Below are positions 28,201-42,233 of a stretch of 64,000 bases of DNA, piece after piece; position 1 is the first letter of the stretch; every line of letters starts with the position of its first letter. Origin of the DNA: Trichoplax adhaerens (Eukaryota; Animalia; Placozoa); assembly GCF_000150275.1 (NCBI RefSeq), contig NW_002060951.1, forward strand, positions 374,775-438,774, written 5' to 3'. Made by a program: the position numbers and the translations under genes. The notes under the pieces were generated by a model, which had not been told where the DNA came from, did not search any database, and saw nothing but the letters and a program-made list of their open reading frames with translations.

Positions 28201-30877
28201 CTGCGGTCACTTTCCATTTGTTCTATTCTTTTAATGTTTATAATCGAATTTGTCGGTCGATATTAATCGAATTCAAAGTAACCTTGGCGGGCCTGTTGTT
28301 TGTTTTCTTAATTTAATCTATAACGATATTACAAATGAAATAGAATAAATAAATTTAAAAATAAAACTCTTGACTAGTCCTATCTATTGACTTTCTATCC
28401 GCTGCCAATTACAATAGTCCGATTATCAACGTAGAAGCAAAATGATATTTCCATGAAGAGTAGGGAATATCTTTCTCATCTCCTTTTTACTTTGATCCGT
28501 ATTGTTATTAATACTTAGCCAGTAAAGTAGATAAAATCAAGTAGGGTTTGTGTATGCTAGTCATTGCGGTATTCATCAATTTCTTACTACAGAACAGATT
28601 CTTACTTTCCTTCTAGCATTCCCACCCCCGACTGATCAACCAATCCTTCTATTTTGTTATCATTGTTATGAGAATGGTCGATAGCTATGATGAAGATGAT
28701 GATAGCAGGTCATCTTTTTTTAAATTTTTTTGATTACTCTTGATTTACATAAAAAAATAACCAACGTTTCTCCTCCTCTCACTCCTCCATTTGTTTGCTT
28801 TTGAGACGTTAGCAACAATCATGCAGGAGTGAAAGAGCAGGTGGTAACAAGTGAATTTAAACAATGGCTATCAACGGACAATATTGGCCTTAAATTATAA
28901 GCCTATTCAGAATTGAAGGCTACCGATGGTGAATCAGAATTACCATTTACAAGAGGAATTAAAATGAAAATGGATAATTCAATCGCTTCATTGTACATCT
29001 ATTTCTTTCTATTATCATCAATGACAACACGAACTGGCCAGATGAGTTATATCATCATAACAACAAGATAAAAAAGAAAAAAAAGGAAGATAGACGGATT
29101 AAATAAAAAAAGGGATGGAAAGAATTGATAAAATGTGATGTCCTTATTGAAGCTGGCTACCTTAAAATACGATATTATTTAATTGTCGTAATTGCTAATT
29201 ATTTGTTTCAAGGTAACACCATATGTAAAAAAAATAAAATATTGTATATTAACAATAGTGTAAGCTGACCATCCAATCCAGAAAAATCATCTTCATTATT
29301 TGTTAAGTAAATTATTGTAAAAAATCAGGTTACGAGTGAGGTTACATAAATTATAAAAATTAAAAAATGTAATAATTTAGCTACGATTGACTATTTCATC
29401 ATTAAATGTTTATTTTACTACACAGAAAGAAGAAAGAAACAAGCGAAGAAAACTTAATTAAAAATATGAAAAATTGATCGATTGGTAACTGGATGATCAT
29501 CTTCGATGTTGTTTCCCTTGTAGGATGGATAAATTATACGCGTAGATCAAAACCAATTAAGCATATAATATGTACAAATAAAAATATAATCACGACTACT
29601 TTGGCTATCAATCTCTGTCAGTACATTTGAACGTATAGTATAGAAATATAGACTGTCCAAAATTAATAAAAAGAAATTCATCTTAGCTAATCCATTGTCC
29701 GTTAGGATTACTTATTAAATCGTCTGTTATTTTTAAACTTCAAATGATATTGTCTATTCAATATTTTCACTAAATTTATCTTAATCGTTCAATACTCTGT
29801 CTACCATTTATGTATTGTCTTATTAGCCTAACTGCTGCTGTTGTTGTTTGTTGCTTTACGTAATCATTGAATAGATGCCACCCACTATTTAAAGCCCATC
29901 ATTTTTGCTCCTTCATCATCTTATAACCAGTTCATCATCTGAGGATTTTTAAGCATAACTATTTCTATTAGGTAAAAGCAATTTTGCCTCCTTAGGAGAA
30001 AAAAATATTGCAAAGGACTTTAAAATTGTACCAGTTTTCATCGAAGAACCATTTGGGAATAACCAGGTTAATAAAAGTTTCAATGATAATGTTTAAATTT
30101 CTTATTTGATATCTAAAATTTTCATCATTTTAAATAGATATATTTCTTTCAATTTTAATCCTTACCATTCTATTTTCAATCTTGCAACATTAAATTAAAT
30201 CCTTATAAACTATAGTATTAATTATATACAAAAAGTTACTGTCTCAATCATTCTGTTAGCTAGATTATCGTAGAATGAGTCATACAGAATAAAGACTACA
30301 GGAAGGAATGTGATCATTGATTGTAATTTTTGTTCAGTTTGTAGTAATGATTAAAACTATATCTCGTTTCATCAAAAGTGCCATACCAAAGTAGGCAATT
30401 TTCTATCTCATTTTTCTTGGCTAGGAAAATAGTCTCGATACTCCTAAATTGCAAATAATTGTATTTAAATTGTTTTAATATAATTCTAAAATCCGAGTTG
30501 CTTTAAGCTACTACATATATTTACTCTATTGAGTGAAGTTATGCATTCTATTCGGTAAATATTGACTTACCTATGATATTGCAACCAGCAATATTTATTT
30601 AAGCCATTCAAGGGAGCAATTGCAAATATGTCATTCATGCCTATCGCTCTTTCTTTTTCTTTAATTTTCGACCATGTCAAGATAGAATTTTAATCGATTT
30701 ATCACGTAATGAAAAAATTACATGTGTGATTATCAACTGACTGGCAACAAAATTATTATAAGCTAAAGAGATTATCGCTAGCAGCAATATTGAGTCAATA
30801 TCACTAATGACTGAGTCTATAATTGCAATGATAATGCTTAATAAGAGGGAAATAATGACAGCTAACTTATTTCTTTG

Positions 30878-33800
30878 ATGACGATTCAAGGATCGACTAT
30901 GACAGCCAAATCGCCTAAACTAAGCAATTCGCCATCAATCAGTGATATAAATACAACAACAAGTAATCATTCTGCCGATGGATGCCAGTTATTAGATGCG
31001 AGTGACAAAGTTCAACGTACACCAAAATGTGCTCGTTGTCGTAATCATGGTACCATATCCATATTAAAAGGCCATAAACGTTTCTGTCCGTGGAGAGATT
31101 GCACTTGTAGTAAGTGTAATTTAATTGCTGAAAGGCAGCGAATTATGGCGGCGCAAGTTGCGTTGAGGAGACAACAGGCTCAAGAAGAAATATTGATCAA
31201 TGAATGCGGTCACGATGGCCATGAAGGCGATAGATCATCATGTTGTAGTAGTGACGAATCTGTCGTTCATGTCGATTTTTCTAGACAACCAGGTGGTTTG
31301 AAAAGAAAGCACCACTCTAAAGACAACGCAGATGATGCCAATTCATCAGGTATGGTGGACAATCGATGTAGTATAATCCATGATGAATATATTTATTTCT
31401 TAAAAGTACTAGTAAAATTTAGATAGAATTATTTTCGGCTTATTATCTAATTATTAAACTAGAAATTATTCGCCTTATTAATTATATTCTCTCTTAAACA
31501 CTATAAATGTACCCAAATTTATTCCAAAATGAAATTTAATTACTAAAAAAATAGCAAGTTAGGAGTAACTATGAATAATTTATTGTCAATAGAGAGATTA
31601 AAACGATTCGTATTCTTTTCACTAAATTCAGTTTCCAAAATGTCTTGATTAAGATGAACGATAGGTCTTCATTATAATAGACAATAATTATAACTACGGT
31701 ACTATAATATGGCTTTCTTACACGATTATCTGTAATGCAATGCTATTGCGTGGCATACTCGTACAGTGTATTATTTAGATCAGAAAATAGCTTTGAATAT
31801 TTTATTAGTTACTGTCTAATTAAGTAATTTCAGCTGTAGTGAAGTGATAATTGCTCGTTAAATCAGCAGATAATGCTGCTGCTAAATTTTATTTCCTCTT
31901 CTGCCATCATTTTCAAATTTTGGATATCGGTTTTATTTATTTTAGAAAAGACAATTTTGCACTTATTTGAAGGACTCGATCGGCTACAGTAGCACAAACG
32001 AGAACGTATTTTGATTTATTTTTCATCGGATGATTTCTGTTGTTTTAGAGATAAAGACATCAACCAAATAGCTTTTGTTGATCATAAATCGAGTTGTTAT
32101 TCTTTTTATCTACCAAACTATAATTAATGTTAGCAGATTATAGTGACATGTATAGGAAAAATATGAGTACTAGGAACAAGTGATAGTTCAGCCAAAGTCG
32201 TTAGAGTAAAGCATATACAAGAAATATTTTATAAATATATCAACACATTGAAGTCGACGGATTATCTTGCAAAGATAAAAAAATATATATTGTGTAGACA
32301 TTTGGTCTAAAATGGTAGATATTACGTCGATTAATACAATAGCTGATGTGGACTAAACTGACATTTTATTTCCTAAAGTCCGACCATAATTGACATAACT
32401 ATGGTATTCACCGGCCGCAGAAGATGTTATTTCATAATTTTGAATCACAGTTTAGTTTTTAGCGACAAATAATACATTCACAGTCTGTCGGTGATGTTGT
32501 CGAGTTAAAAATATAAGGACATTATTGTATTGATAATCGATAAGTACTCTATTTTCTTACAGCCAGTTCGTGATTTATTTTATGCAAGTATCTAAAGCCT
32601 TGATAACGATAAAAGTAGTAAAAATGGCTAACTGATCGTATTCATTAAAGTTCAATCCAATTTACTTTAATTAACCAAGTTGATTCTTTATTCATACTTT
32701 CCTGTAAATTGCTAGATCTATTAATCATTATTATGTTACAATTGCTCTCTGATGTAATTTTTACATCAATTTCTTATTGTTGCTTTTTATAGCTTCGACT
32801 ATGACATATTGACTGTCTAAAATTAGATTACAACACATGATTCACATCAGTATTAGAACTATAGCAAATGATTATCGGATACAATTCTATCGTCTAATCG
32901 CTACGTATACATTAGCTTATTTTTCTATTTCTTCCGTCAGCAATAAATCTAATTATTGACAATAATATCTTTTATCGCCTGCAATTTCGTTGACCGAAAA
33001 GGATAAATATGCACCTGTTAAAAAGGAATCATTTAATTTGAAATTGGACCATTGTCCCCATTAACTTTTACTGCTTATTTAACTAAGCCGATAATAATAT
33101 TACTGGGCTTGGTTTTTGTGTTACACTATTCTTGGTTGCTTGCGATAGACTAATATTAAGTGCTGTTTTATATATAAGCATGTAGATGCAGCTCATACTG
33201 TATATAAGCACATAGATGCAGCTCATACTGTATACAAGTAAATGAAATCCGTTGAAAATGATAATTAAAACATAAATCATTTAAATAATAATGAAAAATA
33301 TCACTTTGTTTTAACTTATTTCATAGATTAAGGCTAGGATTAACATCTAATTGTTGTTTACAACTCTATCATACCATAGTCAATTGAAATTATATGAAGT
33401 AATCTTTTCTAATATATGTTATATTAGTAGCGATTTGTCAAATTTTAGCATACAAATATATGATTTTTAGGGGTAATTTCTCGTGATTAGATCATCGTAT
33501 GTTGTTTTTATTTACTTAAATATTGGCAAGAAGCATTTACTAAAGCTATTAATAATAATTGACATATTTAAAAGAAATCAAATCCGATACAGTATAATTA
33601 GGTAACGATGACAAATTTATCAATGATGGAAACAATCAATAGATTTTTTCTTTTTTATGACGTAAAGTTAACACAACGATAAACAATTAAGATTTGTTCG
33701 CGCAGATAACTATGATAAATTATCATGTATTGAATATATCCCAGGTGTACTTCATTTTATTGACTAGAATTGATTCTATTCTTTATTTGTTAATAGGAGC

Positions 33801-36082
33801 AACATCGATTAGTGAAAGTAATTTAGAGTTAACTTAATCATTGATTATAATACTTATAAACAAAAGATAGCAAAAAAGCTGTGTCGTAACAACAATATGA
33901 AAAATATTTTTATTCTTTGTTACAGTCAACATTGATTTGATAGAAATCCAATCGTTTTAATATTTAGGATAATATTGCTATGTCACCGTAAGCGACTATC
34001 ATCGAATAATATGATTCTCGTTGAATTTTTTTCATCAATATAGAGATAGTGTATCGGTATAAGTGATCTGGTTGGCACCGGCTTTGCCAATACAGTATAT
34101 TTCAATCTAGTATTGTATAACTAGAATTTTTATTAGCTTTTTACAAACTGCAAAGGATTGTTTCATTACATGTTGACCCTGGCATGGATATACTACCTAT
34201 TGAAATTCTCTTTATTTTAATATTCAGTATTTGCGTGTACCGAGATTCTTCATTCTATCTTAATTTTTATCAGTTTATAATGCGGATAAATGATTCCTTA
34301 CATGACAAATAGGCATTTTTACAAGTTAAAGTTTGACATTAATCTATGCTAACAAGTTTTCATTTTGTATTAAGATTCAAACTTCGCTTGGTTACAATTT
34401 ATATTACGTGATTTTAAATTAGATTTGTGAGCTATTATTACGGCTACTCTTTTGTTTATTGAAGGGAAAGATAATTTTGTTATTTCTATTTAATACATTA
34501 CATTTAGCTATTACTGACAATTTGAGAATGTCGATAAAACTTGCAAAATTGCATATGGGCTTAATTACTAAAGAGACAAAAAATTCAATTTTCTATTAGA
34601 AGGATATTATTACTAATTTCTGCATAATCTTTCAATTATTCATAATAGCTCTTACGTCATTTGTCTGTTAAGCATTTTGGTGACGACATTTTTTTGTGCT
34701 AAAGCTTGATTAATTGTATTATTACATCCCACCATACTTGCAGTTTATTTTTTATTACGTATTATGGTAATAAAATTTTATAATACAGTAGCTTAGCCAG
34801 TCGGGAGTGAGTTCAGAGGGTAACTGCGATATCATGAAAACGACACAAATCATTACTGACGAGGCAATGATTACGTGCTTTATGGAAAAATCGATAACGG
34901 CCAATTACATTTGTCTTGATGGAGTCACTAGTTATCGTAACATTTATTACAAATGTCACAGTATTGGTTTAAAAATAAAATGATTGAAGAAATGATTACA
35001 TAATTGCTTTGTTAAACTGTTTCATTAATCGAGTGATGTAAAATTGGATTCATTTCTCAAGATGTTATAATATGCATGATTAATTAGTACCTTGTTATAA
35101 CATTCATTTTTCATCGTGCTTTCATATAATAGGTGATGCTTATTAAATATCACGAAATTTCACTAGTTATGCATATTCTATCCTTAAATTACAAGAAGTT
35201 ATTACAGACGTTCGCATCTAAGTTAATAAATTCACTTCCTTATATAAATAAATATACAGTATACAAAATTTTTAGTATCACATCACAGCTTCCATTACGT
35301 TTCAGTAATATTTACGAGAATTAAAGTACATTAATTAGATTATCCTAGAAAAAGCTTTAGTAATTATAATCAATAATACGTAAGGATGAAACATAACCCA
35401 TATTTTCGCTTCAATTTTCTCACATATTCTTTGTTGTATATAATTAGATAACAAAATTACAAAGCTGGAAGACAATAATGACGTGGGAAGAGAAAGTACT
35501 AATAATCCATCACGACTAAATAATCAGGACGCTAATAAAACTTTGAACACAAATATGACCTCTTCAATAGTAGCACCACAACGTGAAGTCCAAGTGTTGC
35601 GTGTTACCCCTCCAAATCATGTAGTGCCGACTTACCATAATCAAGTTTTACAACAGATGTTACAAGGTTATGGCAGAAACAATTTTGTAGCAACTCATGA
35701 TCACATGAATATAACTTCTAAGCCGATAGCATTACCAAATGTTATGCCGCAAATAAATCCGACATTAATTGGTTTGACTGCACCATCAGCACCTCACATA
35801 CCATTTAACAGACCAATTATGACTACTTTTCCACACCTAGATAATTCACGAATGGTAAACGATCTAATGGCACTTGAGTCTTATAAAATGCAAAAACTAA
35901 ACAATCCCTTGGTGGGATCTGGTAATGTTGACGAATTTGCTGGAAAAATTCCACCACCATTCTACGGCATGCATGCAACTGGTACAGAGTTATTACCACC
36001 ATTTCCTGTGATGTTCGATACTTGCCGAAGTGGACGAGAAGAAGCACGATTGAACAGCCCACGCTATGTTCCTAAATTATAA
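30878..36082 (+). CDS. DMRT: Second DMRT-family transcription factor (DM domain, no recognisable DMA domain), ~368 aa; exons 30878-31349 and 35448-36082
   Basis: DM domain [58 protein letters not shown]. Phase-1 donor CAG|GTATG at 31349/31350 joins acceptor TTAG| at 35447 in frame with the Pro/Met-rich ORF 35483-36082. The start could be ATG 30878 or 30899. Confidence 0.88.
33171..33240. repeat. 30-bp tandem duplication (~2.3 copies) in the intron of the second DMRT gene
   Basis: tatataagcatgtagatgcagctcatactg / tatataagcacatagatgcagctcatactg / tatacaagta. Confidence 0.9.
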
Positions 36083-37329
36083 CTGAGTCGATAAAATGCA
36101 TTTGTTAGAGAAATCCTACAACGACTTATGAGGCTTCACTTCATACAACAATTGTTTAGAATCTATAAATTATATTCTGTGACTTCTCTAAATAGCGCTA
36201 AATGAATGCAAGCCATAGAGAGAAAGCATCCGTAATTCAAGATACTACACTTTAGCGTGGCTTAATTTTGTTCTTTCTTTGATACCGGTGTATCTTCATA
36301 ATAGAATACTTCTATCTAAAACGGTTAGCCTTTATTCATACTACTTCAGTTACAGTAAGTCTATAAGTTAGGATCAAATTTCGTATTTAATTTCTAGGTT
36401 GACTTTGGATGCATGTCCTTACGTACTTAAAAGTATTGTATAATTCACTTTCACGATGTAATATTTGTGCTAAAAAGTATTCTTATTCACTTGCGCCAAT
36501 ACTTCTAAATATTTTGTGTCGTAACTCGATGCGTGCATATCCAGTATCGATAGATATTTAATATAGCAGTAATAAAATTGCATTAAAAACAATTTGGTAA
36601 TTTTCAACATGTAATTAATTCATTCAGTTTATTGTAACAGTTCATTACTAGTCTAGCTGAACGTATTGCGTTCGATTAAAATGTTTTTGTTAACTCCTGC
36701 TAAGTGAGTGGATGATACTGTATTAATTTTTTAATATAAATAAATCAATGCAATAAATCTTAGCTTATATCAGTAAGTGAAGCATCAATTGTTACGTAGC
36801 AGGTGCTGCCTAAATCATAAGCAAGGTAATATAATATTCATCAAATATCCTGGGTTTCGATTATAATACCAACGATTAATTCAATTTAGTATCGATCACT
36901 CGTTGGAAAGCATATTAAATTACATAAATTCCGAGATTACCATTAATTATAGATTATATTTAAAATATTGAATTGTATTGAATAGTATCTGCTACTTTAT
37001 ATAGTAATCTTGGATACTCCTATAAATATTTACATTATAATCTTGCATACAAGAAACGTTGTTACTAAGGCACCAAAAATATTTCTAAAGCTTTAACATT
37101 GATCAATAAAGATTTGTGAAACATTAATTATTTAATAATAAATGTATTATAGCATTGAAAATGCAACAAATTATAGCTATTCAAGGCTTATGATCGAATA
37201 AATTATAACGTAAAATTGAAATTAACGGTAGAGCTAGCCATGTACTAAAGATTACTAAATTTTCATGTAATCTACAGGATATCTATGAAACGGAGCCGAT
37301 ATTAACCTGCAATGCAATTATACAAAATT

Positions 37330-40300
37330 TTATGCCACCGCGATGATTGTTTCTACCTGCCGTAATAAGCGTTGCTTGGATGAGCTAGAATTGTTTAATA
37401 CAAAGAATCATGCATTTTCAATTTCATAAAATTTATCGGAGGGAAAGGATAAATGATCAATTCAATTTAATAATGATAAAAATACACGTATACTTAAACT
37501 GACGTTGGTGATATTTGTGACGATCATGACATTCATACAATGTCCACATTTGATTTAACTAGAGAAAGAGAATTCATTTATAAATTCTTTGTTTCTGTAC
37601 TTTATATTCCAATAAATGTGTATAATATTCAACCTCAGTCATTCGTTCTTTAATCAGGTCAGCTCGTTTTTGATGTGAAGGATGTGTCGACAACCACTCT
37701 AACTCCGCATTTGATGGGTCTTTATTAGCGAGCATTTCCCAAAAATAAGTCGCAGCACGGACATCATAGCACGCCTTCGTAGCAAAATGATATTTTTTAT
37801 ACAATATCGTTGGACAACGGATGCAAATAAACAAGGTAAGTAATCTAATAGATCAAATAAAATATCAGTAAATCATACTTTGGTTGCAAGGTTACTGCCT
37901 ATTAAATCAGCTTCTACCTCCAATTTTCTCGAATAGGGTCTATGCAAGCAAATCTAGCATAATTTTCCACGCGAGTTAGTGCATTAATAAGTTTTCTTTA
38001 TAAAGCTAATACGTATAACATAAGTATACTTACTGAAGCTATAGAATTATGGAACCAATGGGTTACAGCAGCTACAACATCAGTTGGCATTAGTGCCCAA
38101 ACAAGCCCCAGAGAGACCGCTGCTAGCAGATCGAAGATATTGAAAAAGCTCAATTGTTCAGCCTGTGAAAAATTCGATTATAATTCATTAATTTATCCGC
38201 CTATTTCATAGACACAAAGTGACGTTAATACTAATCTGGGACAAAAAAAAATTTAAAATAGAGACATTAAAATTCTGATGTTATAGTCAGTCTTACCGCA
38301 TGTGATAGCAAGGCATGAGCCATTTCATGTCCTAGTAAGAAGGCTAAAGCATCATCGTTGCCAAGTGTTGATAGCATGCCTTTGTATACAAAAATTTGAC
38401 CATCCTAAATTATATTAAATGATTATCAGTTTAATTGGATCATTCCATTCGTCCAATAATTGAACGGACATCATGTGCTACTTTCAATATTTTTACATTT
38501 ATGGTATACTGTTCTATAATATTAATGTTATGTATAGAATTATTATCCATACAAGGATTTATTTGTAGTCATAGCTTCATGGTAAACAAATAAAGTTTCC
38601 TAGATTAGAAAGGCATTACCGGTAAAACGAAAGCATTGACTTCATTAGAATCAATTATATTGATTTCCCAATGTAGCGTATTGATTTGAGGGATGTCGCC
38701 ATTGTTTTTAATCAAGCGTGAAACTACGCTCTTTACTCTATGATATTGAGATGAGGTGGTAGGCAGAAGATGTTCACCATTTGCCTGAATTTGTTCATCG
38801 TACAACATTTTCCCTAATGCAATAGATACATTTATTGACAAGGGTAAATTAATCCCTTATACCATATTTTTAACGATTGATAAAATCTATTACTAATTCG
38901 TAGTATTGCGGTAGTAGGGTAGATAGAACGAGTGCTAACTATAATTATCATCATCTAGCGCAGTACCTACAGTAGAATACACATAAGTGTATGTCAATAT
39001 TATTTTATTTAGGTAATCTTTTCATTCTTGTAAATTTACAATATAAATTTCAGTAGTAATTTTCAATAGCGATATATTTTAATATATCATACCTAGTCAG
39101 TATAGACCGAGTAATGTTGTAGCGAGTTGGAGTAAACACTGAATACAAATGCTTTACTAGAATTATGAATATATGAATAGTACAGTATTTAAAAGTTATC
39201 GTGTTACATCTTTGCTGTCAGCTGGTGAGGAAACTACAGTAACACACATCAGTAAACTTCGCTATAAATTAAAACCATTACCTAATCAAGTGTTATGCTG
39301 ATAATTATATGTATAATTAATACAATTTATATGTACGCGTATACTAGTCGATCTCTCGCTCGTTATGCCTAGCGTACTATAGTTGTATCTTTTACTTTAC
39401 ATTATCTAATATATGATACAAAATTATCATATCTGCTAATACTAATTATATTCTATTGATACTACATTAACAAACAAGGACAATACAGAATCTAAGTTAG
39501 CACTCGTTCTCAGGAATACAAAGATGTAATACCCGAATTGTAGTTGGTGCTGCGTTATGGAAGCTAAAAGATTTGACTAAATCTTATAGTTCTCTAAATT
39601 TTATTGAATAGCTGAGGTAGGTTTTTGAATAGATTCCTATTGCTCTTTTGAAATATCCTTGGAGTTACCTAGCTCTTGTAAATGTTCATGGCTTAGCATC
39701 ATTAATCGCGTTCGACCAGTTAATGGAACGCTTTCGATGTGATTATATATGTAATAAATTCCAGCACCGGTACCGAATAATGCAATAATGTACACTACTT
39801 GCTGGTGTCGTTTTAGCATTCGCTTGTAGTTGTGCTTTTTATGAGTCGGTAGTTTATTCCACCAATACTTTGCAATCCTAAAATATGGTATACAAAATTG
39901 GTTGATAGTTAGCTTAAGGTAGTTACATGCACTTATATACTTGTATTATAATATCCTGCATAATGCAGTATCATCTCACTATCATTAAATGTATTTTGCG
40001 AATGGGTTTTTTAATGATTACAATCTATTCTACGCGAATGTTCTTATAGACTTTCTTAAAAATAATCTAGGGTATTTGTTAGCAATGGCGATAATTTAGT
40101 AGTTCATGTTTATTTAGTAATATAATAAATATAAAGCACAGTAACGATAATGTTGCAATGCCTTTCATTACTGTATGCTGTAAACTCGATACCAGATTGT
40201 TATAGTTGATCGTCTGCAGTATATTGCATTGGTAGTTAATGCAGCACTGTGATCCCTTTCATACTTGATCAATGCACACGTTTGCAATCGATAATTATAA

Positions 40301-40760
40301 TTTTCATGTAGCAAGACTGATTTGATGTAACTTGAGCTATTTTATTAGTGCTATAATCCGTATCTACGCGCATAGACAAGCCATAATCTCCATGAGCGTA
40401 TCTTTGCACTATTTTTGTCAATATGACCATTAATGAATAGTAATAATGCTAACTTGATGAATAAATAGGTGTTATCATTATAGGTTGAACAATTTCTCCT
40501 AATTTCAAAATGAATTCTTGAGATTCAAGTATTTATACAAGCAGTACATACCTTGCACCCACAATTGCAGCTTTCTTAGCTAAAGGCCCAACTAAAATGA
40601 TCGCATGATTAGTATTGGTAGTATGAATGCTTCTAGTCGTTTTTAATTGAAAATTTGAGGATGGTTTTGCTATCTTGTTTGCAGAGTTATAGGATAAAAT
40701 GGATGTATAATTGGTTTTCCAGTTAGTCAATAAACAACGGCGTAACATAATAGAAGACAT
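37330..40760 (-). CDS. OMA1: OMA1 mitochondrial zinc metallopeptidase (M48), ~394 aa; exons 40760-40552, 39877-39669, 38813-38620, 38404-38297, 38162-38034, 37953-37879, 37774-37634, 37558-37494, 37384-37330
   Basis: Arg/Ser/Thr-rich presequence-like N-terminus; RIAKYWWNKLP; ESVPLTGRTRLM; NAFVLPDGQIFVYKGML; HEMAH (HExxH); RPYSRKLEVEAD; EWLSTHPSH. All junctions are phase-compatible GT-AG. The last two exons are less certain. Confidence 0.9.
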
Positions 40761-41329
40761 CCTTGGTTGCTACCGGTACTTTTCTTTCTCTTACATTGCA
40801 CACACTAGACCAGTGGCTGTCATAGAACAACCAGATTCGACTGTAGTAACTATCAAGGCGTAAATTTGCTGCAATTCTAATTTTAATCAGTACATTTATA
40901 TTAGTTATGGTTTGACGTAGGCTGAAAAAGGCGTGCCAACTAACTCGTTCTACAGCAAGTACAGGTAATTGAAAGTTGTTTGTTGATAAGTGTTTGATCG
41001 ATAGTACTCTAAATCACAGTCTAAGTAGCATCTCTATCTTCACTTTATTACAGCATAATGATGAATCGTTGGACTATTTTAATGTCCACTTACTGTATGC
41101 AGTGCGCTAGTACTGTAATGCTGTAAGTTTGACAATAATTGTATTTAGGGTTTTACTGTCTGATATACGCGAAGTATCACGGGTGGTTACTGTATTCTAC
41201 TAGTTAAAATAGTAGAAGAATGATGCAGTAACAAGTTAACAAGAAAAATAATTTTTACCGTAGATGATCTATTGCGTCTTCTTATGATCAATTTACTCGT
41301 TTAACTCTACTTTTGCTTTTCCTGTGCAC

Positions 41330-42205
41330 GAGAATGTACACTCATTGTACGGTGCAATGTACTGAATAGTACCGTATGTCATCAAGTACTGTACACTGTA
41401 CAGCACTTGCATTGCTGAAGCAGTCAGCCTTCGTCAGCCTTATGACCCATGACGAAATCTACAGTACTTTCACCTTTTGAACTGAACTGCAGGTGAAAAT
41501 GTTATACTGTAGTGTACTGTACAGTACTGTATTACTCTATACAAGCATCGCCAATGTCACTCCAAGCTCCCCTTAGTAGACTTGACTGAGCACTTGTACC
41601 ATGGACAATTGAGTCATCCGTAGCCGACTCATGGTGACTACAGTACAGTGTACAGTACAGTGTACTGTACTGTACTGTAGTCACCTTGGTTCTTTTTTTA
41701 CAGGCGTACCGTACAGTACAGTATAGTACAGTATGCAGTGTACAGTACTTTACTGTACTGTACTGTACTGTACACTGTACACTGTACAGGATGGTCAATA
41801 GTCAGTCCTTTGTCTTCAAATAGTACTAGTGCAAACTCCCGTCGCTTTGCTGACGGTTTACGATAATGTGCTCATTTAACAGATAGTACAGTATTACCAT
41901 TTGATAGACCTGTCAGAGTTTACAGTACTTTACTGTACACTGTACAGTAAAGTACTGTACGCACATTACAGTATACAGTGTACTGTACTGTACACTGTAC
42001 AGTACTGTACAGTACTGTATTCCGCGGAATAATTTTCCACGGGTTTCGCTAGTACAGTACAGTGTACTGTACACTACAGTACAATAACTAGAAAATGATA
42101 CTGTACTCACTACTGTACTGTACTCTCACTCATGTGCACTGATACAGTACGGCACACAGTCCAGTGCAGCTAATTTATAATACTGTATTTTGTACTGTGT
42201 ACTTG
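41330..42205. repeat. Clusters of (TACAG)n/(CTGTA)n pentamer repeats with perfect palindromes, in the divergent OMA1/CAAP1 intergenic region
   Basis: Many cagta/tactg units. Perfect 17-bp inverted arms at 41633-41649 and 41669-41685; 39-bp palindrome (19-bp arms, 1-nt spacer) at 41921-41959. Confidence 0.85.
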
Positions 42206-42233
42206 CATACTCTCCGATTTGGAAAATTCAAGA

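Noticed and set aside
37775-37790. OMA1 intron end encoding FATK, echoing the preceding exon end LATK
   Set aside because: Nucleotide identity is low (GCTACGAAG vs GCAACCAAA); too short to argue intron gain by duplication.
41058-41163. ATGATGA...CTGA pair resembling a C/D snoRNA
   Set aside because: Only a 3-bp terminal stem, no same-strand host intron, and no rRNA guide recognised.
41532-42110. ORFs rich in TVQYS/YCTVL (also 49838-50266 and 54070-54660)
   Set aside because: Translations of the TACAG pentamer arrays and the 180-bp tandem repeat.
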